Part shown: piece by piece, positions 53,401 to 62,150 of the stretch | How the letters are laid out: each line of letters opens with the position of its first letter | Numbering within the stretch: position 1 is the stretch's first letter | Origin: Vermamoeba vermiformis | Lineage: Eukaryota | DNA length: 62,150 nt | Direction: 5' to 3' | NCBI GenBank assembly: GCA_045837725.1 | Contig: JBEWZL010000108.1 | Location: forward strand, 62,001-124,150 | The notes under the pieces: generated by a model | Seen by the model: only the letters and a program-made list of their open reading frames with translations | Database searches by the model: none | Told to the model about the DNA's origin: nothing | Position numbers and translations under genes: made by a program

Positions 53401-53711
53401 GTTATTCTGTAGCGTTTGGAGCTCATCGAGGCCCTTCAAACCGGAACAACATCAGTTAACAAAAATAAATTTACAAAATAATCGAATTAAAAATCATGCA
53501 TAAATTTAATACATACGCCTATGAACTCATCCTCGAAAAATACTTGAGGAATACAGCGTTTGCCTTTAGCCCAATCGGCAAGCTCATCGACGACCGTTGG
53601 AAACTCGGTCAAATTGATTTCTGTAAACTGGACATTCTTCTTTTCGAATATATTCTTCACTTTTAAGCTGAATGGGCATCCAGTTGTCGTGTAAATAATT
53701 ATTCTGCCCAT
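47479..53711 (-). CDS. Multidomain glutaredoxin-DEP-DUF547-LRR-RapGAP protein
   Basis: Grx (YTTTGCPFS..IPQVFF..FIGG), DEP (FKGSALIKWL..FRF), DUF547 (DPRIHFAMISC), about 10 LRRs (50504-51421), RapGAP (YKYGILY, GGLD, IMFHVSTELP, ERKRHLGNDIV). The DUF547-to-LRR junctions were checked and stay in frame. Confidence 0.82.
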
Positions 53712-54439
53712 TTTTGAACTACTGTTGGATGTGAGATTAACGTGGACCGCTCTTTATCGTTTGCTCACAGTAGTCAATAAATCATAAAATGGCAAATATC
53801 TACACTGCTTGCTGTTAAGTCTCCAAGGTTCTAAGTTGTTCTGTTCGCCGCTAAGGAGTGTATTATTTTAGAAATTTTGGACGGCGTATCACGAAGCGAG
53901 ATAAAAAATAAATTTCATAAAAATACAATTCATTTGTATGATCGTTGCCAGCCTATCAGTGACCACAATGCCTACATAGGGGCATTAGCGAAACGCATTC
54001 TGCATCAAGAAGATTGATGACGTTAGCGAACTTTCGATCATTCATAAATTTTATCAAATTCGCATCGGAATTGCTTTCTATCCTTCATTTAATAGCTTGC
54101 ATTAATAATAACTTAATTAGTATACATAAATGACGTGAATTTACGTGATAAACAATTTGATTTTTGTTATGACCACAGTGGGAGCACGATCTGAATCAGC
54201 AACCAACTCTTCCGAAGTTGCGAAATGATAGAGAAAGATTCGCAATGTTTTGTAGGCCCACGTTAGACTTTCAGACCGGGTTCACCATTTATGTAATAAA
54301 TTTCTCGCCCTGAGATATTTCAAGGCTCCGCGTATAAAACCGAAAAATTGCACGAGTTTTTTGTCAATTTTTGTTCTTGCTTGACCGGTGAAAACAACTC
54401 ACCACCTCTTGTTTATTATTTATGGGCTAAAGCGCAATC

Positions 54440-55447
54440 ATGGAACCTTTTACCTTCAGTCAATATTCTTTTACTCCCAATGACAATGATCTTTTGGATT
54501 TGACAAATCCTTCAGAGAAAAATAGCCCGCTTGCCTCGACTTCTCCTGGTTTGACCATGCAGCGGTCAATGCCCTTCCAAGTGAAGAAGGAGCCAATGCT
54601 TGCGAAGAGCGACGAAAACAATTCGTTGTCTCCTTCTTTGTCGCCGATGATGATCTTACCCGGAAGCAATCCGTCCCCTACAACACCACCGCAACACTTT
54701 GGAATATTAATGCCGCAAGCAATTCCTGCACCCATGCCTGCACGCCTCCCATGGCAATTGGACCCTTACGCTCTCAATCATTTCAGCCCTGTCATCTCTC
54801 CTCCTCAAGAGCTTACAATCCTCAATCCAAGTCCCAAGTCTTCGTTCTCGCCACCTCAACAATCGACATCACCTAATATTCCTGCTATGCCTATGGGGTC
54901 AGTATCTCAGCTTTCTTCGGTCGCCCAACCTGCGATCATGTATCGCAATCTCTTCCACTTGGTAGAATGCCAGCTCCCGCTTACAGACGGCATGAGCAAC
55001 TATGACGGCTACAGAATATTCATCGAGGACACTGTAGGATACGCTGGCAATGCAAAGATTTTCAAGAAGACACCGGATAAGGGAGAACACGCACTCACGC
55101 TTACATGCAGAGTTTTGGATGTGAATCGACAAGAGCTATTCCAATGCTCATCGTGCCGAGAATATTTTGAAAATCGAATGTACTTCAAAGCCAACCCTCA
55201 CATCAAAGGCAGAATAGTTTTGGTTAAAAACAATAACTTGATCAAAGTGGAAAATGGCTCTTTCAAGGTCAATATGAAGTATATGTGCTGCTGCAAGCAT
55301 CACGCAGTATCTAGCTACACCTTATCGTTAACGCTCTCGGACAACTTGTCAAATAACGTAGTTGCATCAGCGTTGTTCCCGATCTACGTTAAGCAATGGA
55401 GGAAGAGCACTCAAAAGAAGCAAAGCTGCACTATCATGTTTTCATAG
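54440..55447 (+). CDS. Intronless putative transcription factor with an SPT23/MGA2- or CudA-like Ig-fold DNA-binding domain
   Basis: Ser/Pro-rich N-terminal half. C-terminal CSSCRE..RIVLV..MCCCKHH..LSLTLSD..VVAS..PIYV resembles the CxxC..CYCRHH pattern of SPT23/MGA2. Confidence 0.65.
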   Translation: MEPFTFSQYSFTPNDNDLLDLTNPSEKNSPLASTSPGLTMQRSMPFQVKKEPMLAKSDENNSLSPSLSPMMILPGSNPSPTTPPQHFGILMPQAIPAPMPARLPWQLDPYALNHFSPVISPPQELTILNPSPKSSFSPPQQSTSPNIPAMPMGSVSQLSSVAQPAIMYRNLFHLVECQLPLTDGMSNYDGYRIFIEDTVGYAGNAKIFKKTPDKGEHALTLTCRVLDVNRQELFQCSSCREYFENRMYFKANPHIKGRIVLVKNNNLIKVENGSFKVNMKYMCCCKHHAVSSYTLSLTLSDNLSNNVVASALFPIYVKQWRKSTQKKQSCTIMFS

Positions 55448-56989
55448 AGGACATACCGCGAGATTTTTGACACTTATCGATGTACATAGTCAACAGTTTT
55501 GGACTCAATCTGGATTCGATCCCAAGATTATCCGAAGTTTTATTTATGAAGGAAGAAGTGACCGCGAGTCATGTACGCCTAATTGTAATTATTTAAACAA
55601 TAAACCGCCAAAGAAAACGAATCAATGGTGGAGGCAGCCCTTGGATCGCTCGAGTTCGCTCCGTTGGTGCTTGATTCACGTAAGTCATCCATATATTAGC
55701 ATTATTATCTTTACTAATAATTGTTTTATAGGCTGGAATTCCAACTGAGCGGATTTGGCGTATTCGGATCGAAGTTACGGAAGCTCCGGAAGATAGTTGC
55801 ACCAAGAGGTGCGCGGTGATTTGTTTTTTAGAGCTTCAGACGAATGGTCACGTCCATATAAGGAAAGCGGCTCCGAAAATGGCACATTGTTGTTTATTCA
55901 AACGACACGCATTGGAAATTGTAAGTGATTTTATAAAGATGACTTCAAAAAACAATTCTATTACGATTTCCATTATCACCATGCTTTTAATCATCCTCAA
56001 TACTGCAATACCCGTTCGATTCCGGTCTTAAACAGATGGTCTAAAAGTCCTGTTCGAACGCAATATCAATCGCTTTTGGTAATTAGCGGCACTATTGGAT
56101 AATCAAATCATTGCTATTCTATCTTTACTTAATCAGAACGGAGATATTTATCTTGTAGTAGGTCTTAAACTGTAAATTCAAAGTTTCAGACCTTGTTAGC
56201 TTCCTTATTTAGATCTCTGTTTGCGCGTCTTTTCGAAAAACAACAAACAGAATTTCGAAAATAGCGGCCCGTAACTATTGTTAAAGCGAGATAAATTTAT
56301 TTATACTTAACCGCTTTTTCAAGCTTGAACTTGACGAGGATCGGATGCTCAACGAACAGCCGCGGTATGTAGTCTTGCAGGAAACCATTTCTGTTATGAT
56401 CTGATTGCACCCTTGTTCTTAATGGACGGATAAAGGCTCATAGACTCTGATTACGTGCTAGAATAGGTCTGTCCGATTTTGATTCTAAAATAGATCACGC
56501 GACAATTTGGATTGGATCATATCTTTGGACTTTCAGACGTAGAATTTACCGGGAATTTGTCCGCTAGAAGATAGGAACGTTAATAGATTGAGGACTCGAG
56601 CACTACTAACGCCGCCAGTTCATTGAGCCAAACTCGGAAAGAACCCGACGCTTAGTTGGATGGGATTACGTTATTTTCAATCCAAATCAAATGAAGCATC
56701 CCACGGGAGAGGTAATAGGCGTTCGTGGCAATGATTGTCCGATGCAAAGGCGATTATGACCGACTGCAGGAAAGACTCAAAAGCTCGGTGGTTGCGGCAA
56801 TCCATCCGATGATAATAATGTCGAATATAGATCGCGCCTAGTAATCTTTGTATGAATAGCGTACCAATTCGTATGAGGTTGTCTGACGTTTAATTTTCGG
56901 TGGTTAGATCTTTTTCATGTTAATTTGTATTATAGAGCACAATAGACCTTTGTAAATAGTGTCATATATAATTATTAAACTTATGTATA

Positions 56990-59900
56990 ATGGCGAAACG
57001 GTTGGAGACCCTAAATAAGCTAGCACAACAGCTTCCAAAAGTTGAAAACAATACATCTTTGAAGACGTATTTCAACTCATCCCAAAATCTTTATAATCAG
57101 GTATTATCGTATAAAAATCACTACATTGATAATTCATCTCCTTAATTTGTGCGTTAAATTTTTTTAGGCTGAGATCTTTCAGCATGACGGTGATCTCGAA
57201 AAGGCTTACATATTTTATATGCGGTTCGCCGTGTAAGTACTAATATGATTATTTTGTAATATTGTATCGTAGAATTTCCTATTAAGACCTCATACGTTCT
57301 ATTTTCAAAATTGCGAGAAAATTAATTTACGGATTCGCTTATTCAAATAATTAACCAGGTATATTAAAATCATTTAATAACGTAATAATTCTAGATTTGT
57401 AACGGAGCGAATTCCTAAGCATAAAGCATATTCCTCAGGAGAATTTGAAGAGCTGCGAACACAAATTCGGGCTGTAAGTCCCTTCAAACAATTTAATTTT
57501 ATTATACAAATTATTTATACCATATTTAGAAATGCGCAACAGCGTTAGATGAATTGGCTACGATTAAAGGAGAGTTAGTAAAACTTTACAAACAAATTGA
57601 AGCCGAAGAGCAACGAAAAAGACAATTAGAAGAGGCAAGAAAACGAGAAGTAAGTATAAATTAAATATATTAGGATTATTCGACCATATTCAAATTTAAT
57701 GCAAATTTAAATTTCCGTAAAATGACATTTGTGTCTTGATCCCAAGCCAGATCTGACAATTTTACAATTCTACAGGCCGAAGAATTAAAAGCACGATTAC
57801 AACGCGAAAAAGAAGAGGCAGAACTTGCAAAGGCCAAAAAAGAAGAGAGCTCTGATGATGTACGGATAAAAAATTTTGTTTTTCGTTGGTTTGTCACGTG
57901 ACTAATAATCTGACCAATCATTTTCATTTGCAGGATTTGCTGGATTATTTAAATGAAGACCACAGCGCGTATCATAATGACAATGCGCCTATTATAATTG
58001 ACAAAGAACAAGACGAGTTATTGTCAAAGTTCAAAAGGCTTCAGCCGGCTATAAATAGCAACAACAGCAATGGCAACCCGGCGGAAAAATCAGCGCCGAG
58101 CAGCGGATTATCCTCGCTTATAAATAGCAATAACACTAATGCAAATAACGGTTTGGACGTGGATGCGTTAGCCAGTGCCACTTGGAGCACGAATAGTTTG
58201 ATGGAAGGCATTATATATGATAATAAGAATAGTAATAAGAAAGAAGACCACGGCGTGAACTTGTCATTGGAAGATTTCACGAATTCAATTCTTTTCAGAC
58301 CGCCAGCACCAGAGCAATTAATCATCGAAGAAGTGAAAATTCCGACGTCGGATCTGACTCACGAGAAGAATAGCACCGCAAATGGACATATCGAACATAA
58401 TAATAACGAAGCTAATGTTCAATTGCTTAATGAAGAGCTGATGGTGCAACAACTTGCCATGTTTGATCAGCAAATGAACGACACAATATACAGCGGCAAA
58501 ATCGTGCCAGTGCCAAAGTCCTCCGAGCCGATAGAATTCTTGCCACAATCATTTGACAGTAATGTCGTGGACGTATTTGCGCATGTAAATAACGGCAATG
58601 AAAAGCGCGATAAAAGTCCGCCAAAATCTACCACGCACGCGAATGGAGATTCAATGGTGGCAGTACGTCCTAAAAAGGAAATTGTCAAAGACAACAAGCA
58701 AGAAAAACTTGGCCCGCCGCCTAGTTACGATTCGTTAGTGAAGATGGTCGAAGAAAAGAAACAAGAGCAAAAAGCAGCTGTCACAACACCCGCACCAGCA
58801 CCTGTCAAAAATGTCACTCCAGCGACCGTGAAAACACCGACAGTCAACCCATTGACACCTGTCAATCCGCAAGCTAACCCCGTCGTTCAAAATAATGTAC
58901 CGCAACAGCCCGCGCCAGTCGTCAAAGACAACAAGGAGCAGTTGTTAGCAGCTGCTAAAGCAAAGGCTGACAGTCAACAGCTCGAGTTGATGTTGGGCGC
59001 ACAACCTTCAGCCCCGCCAATGGAAGACACGAGCAAAGGCACTGAAGTTTTCTCGGAACTGAAGAACTTTATTGAAGAGTCCAAAAGCGCACCAAAGTCC
59101 ATTCCTTCAGCACTCACAGAAGTAAGGCTAACAAATACCCTCTCATCTGTAGTCAATTTTACTAACCTTTTATTTATTAGGCTAAGAATGACAACAAGAC
59201 TGCTATTGGCAACAACTTATCGAACCTCGTTAAAGACAATAACCCGAGTCTCTATAACTTCCCTCGTGTTGAAGAAGCTGCCATGCCCGTGCTGCCTAAG
59301 ACCGTCGAGAACAAGGACAAGAAAGAGAAGAAGCCCAAGTCCAAAGATAAGCACAGGACCAAGTCACCAAAGTCGAGCAATGACACGTCAAATGCTGTGC
59401 CGAAAGAAATTCAAATGCAGTTAGAGCAACAAAAACAGCAAATTGAATTGTTGCAGCAACAAGTCACGGAGCAACAACGACTGCAACAGCAGTACGTGCA
59501 GTACTACCAATTGATGCAACAACTTTACGGTGTCCAGCAACACCCGCATGATCACAGCGGTCACGATCACGCGCACAGTCACGGCAGCAATGGCAGTAAG
59601 AGTGGCGCGACCGCGGCTAAAGTCGTGTCAAGCCCCGTGACAGCGCCGAAACAGGCACCTTTGCCGTTGCCTCAAGCAATGCCGCAGCCTCAATCGAAAT
59701 CGGTTTCATCGCCTAATCAGAGTGCCTCACGCATGCAACCATTGCCACCACCTGCAGCGAAGTTACCAAGCACAGCCTCGAATCAATTGGTTCCGCAACA
59801 CGCACCATTGCCAATGCCGCCGAGTACTCAATCCCCGCAACAATTGCAGCAGTTGCAACAGCAACTTCAACAAGCACAATCTCCGTTCCCTGTCATCTAC

Positions 59901-61044
59901 GGCGTGCCTGTCGTGTTTAGACCTTACAACTTGAACTTGCCGACTGCGACCAATGCTGTGAAGACTCTTGGCTTGAACAAACAGCAGCAATTGCAGTACC
60001 AAGAACAACAGTTCCAAAACATTTATCAGACCAATAAGACGGTAGGATGGGTTGGTTGAGTATATAATGAGTACTAATAATGAGTATAGGGCGGTATCTT
60101 GCCTAATTTGCAAATTACTGCGGAGGCACCCGTCAAAGAACCCGCTAAACCAAAACAACCTGAAAAAGTGCCTGAAGTCATTAAAAAGAAACCGGCAAAG
60201 CTCATAGGTACTACTATTAGTATTATTATAATATAGGGCTATACTAACATTTGATAGGTGGATTGAGACCTATGGAGGTTGACGGCGAATTGTTCAATTC
60301 GTTCATGGATCACGCTGAACCGAACACTTCACGAGGCATTGAAACGTGTGGTATACTTTGTGGTGTCCTAGTAAGTATAATAATATATACTCATAGGCTA
60401 GTAGTGCTAATGTGACTTAATGTAGGATGAAATTAATGAAGTGTTTCAAGTCACGTGCTTGATGATCCCGAAGCAAGTCGGTACTTCTGATACGTGTGCC
60501 ACGACAGACGAGGAAGAAATTTTCGATTTCCAAATGAAGAATGATTTGTTAACGTTGGGGTGGATACATGTAAGTATATAAGAGTCCTATACTATAATAA
60601 CTAAGTATGGCACTAATGCGTAAACCTTGCTAGACGCATCCAACTCAGTCGTGCTTTTTGAGCAGCGTCGATTTACACACGCAATGCAGTTATCAAGTAC
60701 GTATTAATTAGCACTATATATTAATATTATTATCATATTTAATATTATTCTTTGTAGTCTTTGTTCCCTGAAGCGATCGCAGTTGTAATTGCACCAAAAT
60801 TTAATCCGAAGTAAGTCTTACTCGATTATTTATATAGCCATATACTAACTATATCATGTATAATAGTTTCAATATATTTAACTTGACCGATCGAGGCTTG
60901 GGATTCGTCCAACGTTGTCCTCGATCCGGATTTCATTACCACGAAGAAAGTGACTTATACAATACTTCCGATCACGTTAAAATCCGCTGGGGCAAGAAGA
61001 AATATAAAGTCGTTGATATGCGCAAGAGAAGCTACGGTCGATAA
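56990..61044 (+). CDS. STAMBP: AMSH/STAMBP-like JAMM deubiquitinase with a long low-complexity linker
   Basis: N-terminal MIT/USP8-dimer-like region (GDLEKAYIFYMRF..IPKH). JAMM domain [54 protein letters not shown]..GFHYH. Confidence 0.93.
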
Positions 61045-61207
61045 AACCGGATGTTGAAATTGTAAATAAATCAATTTGTTTCATTACTAACGAACACAAT
61101 CCACAAATTAATGTCAAACTCACTATAATAGTAGTATACTCATTATCTTATCATGGTAAGTAAGATCCATTGCCATGAAGGTGTCTCCTAATACCCGTTA
61201 AAAATCT

Positions 61208-62045
61208 TTGGGTGAACTGGAAAGTCTCATACTTAAATTCACTCCCACTTCAACAAACAGACTTCAATATTTAAATTCTCAGAAAATAACTAGTTTGGCA
61301 GTTTCGAATGCCCGTGAAAGCGCTAATTTGGATCATTTATCAAACTTGACGACGTTATTGAATCCAAAGATCAGTGAAGTTTTAGAAAATGGAAATCCTA
61401 GAAGTTATGACGCATTGAATAGCTTAGTGAATCTAACCAATCTATATTTATTAACACAAACGCCTGATTCAGATCGATTCACAGTGATTATCCAACTTGA
61501 CGAACTTGAAAGTGTTGCAGATCTACCCAAGTTTTAACAACGACGACAGAATCCAAATGAATGAGCACATCACGATAAAGAACTTGCCTAATTTGGAAAA
61601 TTTATCATTATACACTGCAGCTTCCCAAACGCTTTACGATGACATTTGCAATTTGACGCGTTTGACACTTTTGCAGATTAACGTGTCAACCGAAATTTTT
61701 CAGAATAACCCAACGGTCCTAAATAGACTCCCATTAAGGCATTTATGCCTCACTAAGTATACACGAACAGAAAAGCTTTGGGATCTGCTGACTCATTTAA
61801 CGGATCTCGAGCTGTTGGAAGTTTGGCAAGTCAATTCTGAAGAGGCAATAGAGTCACTCTCTATATTAACCAAGTTGACTCGCTTGTCAGTGAAAAGATC
61901 GCATTCAGTGAAAGGCATTCACTTAACGAAATTGACCAGCTTACAAGAGGTGTATTTTACCTCCAAGCCTACACAGAAGTACTACAAAAAAGTTGATCTT
62001 ACTGAGAAGCTAACGCGCTTAACTATTGTGGATTTCAGCCAGTAA
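61208..62045 (+). pseudogene. Leucine-rich-repeat gene fragment with a frameshift
   Basis: LSNLTxL repeats in two overlapping frames. An extra base near 61487 (TTC ACA GTG A TTA TCC AAC) shifts the frame with no intron. In-frame TAA just upstream of 61208. Confidence 0.6.
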
Positions 62046-62150
62046 TAAAAAAAATTCTGAATCTAACCAGTTTCATTCTTTTTTTTTTAAATGTTTACTA
62101 ATTAAGGATAGCAGGGAAATCTAAGAGTGCCTAGAGAAGCAAAACTACGT

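Noticed and set aside
55500-56900. Additional gene between the transcription factor and AMSH
   Set aside because: Splice-like signals exist but no continuous frame or recognisable motif. It may be UTR or decayed sequence.

Overview
Gene-dense, AT-rich eukaryotic nuclear DNA with many short spliceosomal introns (GT-AG, CTAAY-type branch points). The gene content and intact minor-spliceosome introns suggest a free-living protist, probably a non-dictyostelid amoebozoan (inference only). About 22 protein-coding loci could be assembled by hand: cytochrome P450, SMYD-type SET methyltransferase, two tandem SWIM zinc-finger paralogs, PHO80-type cyclin, topoisomerase III alpha, Fip1, an OB-fold protein, RPS19, an F-box/YwqG(DUF1963)-like fusion, an RRM-SURP-CID (CHERP-like) protein, an ABCB half-transporter, a membrane-anchored beta-lactamase-fold hydrolase, an expansin-like protein, AP-1 sigma, arsenite methyltransferase, a glutaredoxin-DEP-DUF547-LRR-RapGAP fusion, an SPT23/MGA2- or CudA-like transcription factor, AMSH/STAMBP and an LRR pseudogene. 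The most notable observations are: (1) the in-frame Grx-DEP-DUF547-LRR-RapGAP fusion; (2) two U12-type introns (AT-AC in the CHERP-like gene, GT-AG in TOP3A), each containing a cryptic U2-type acceptor that would give a premature stop; (3) two purine-rich, stem-closed candidate ncRNAs at the SWIM pair; (4) an F-box joined to a bacterial-type YwqG domain; (5) apparent enrichment of RGATCY in introns and gene flanks. No rRNA, tRNA, CRISPR array or intact transposase was recognised. Multi-exon coordinates span start to stop and come from manual splicing.
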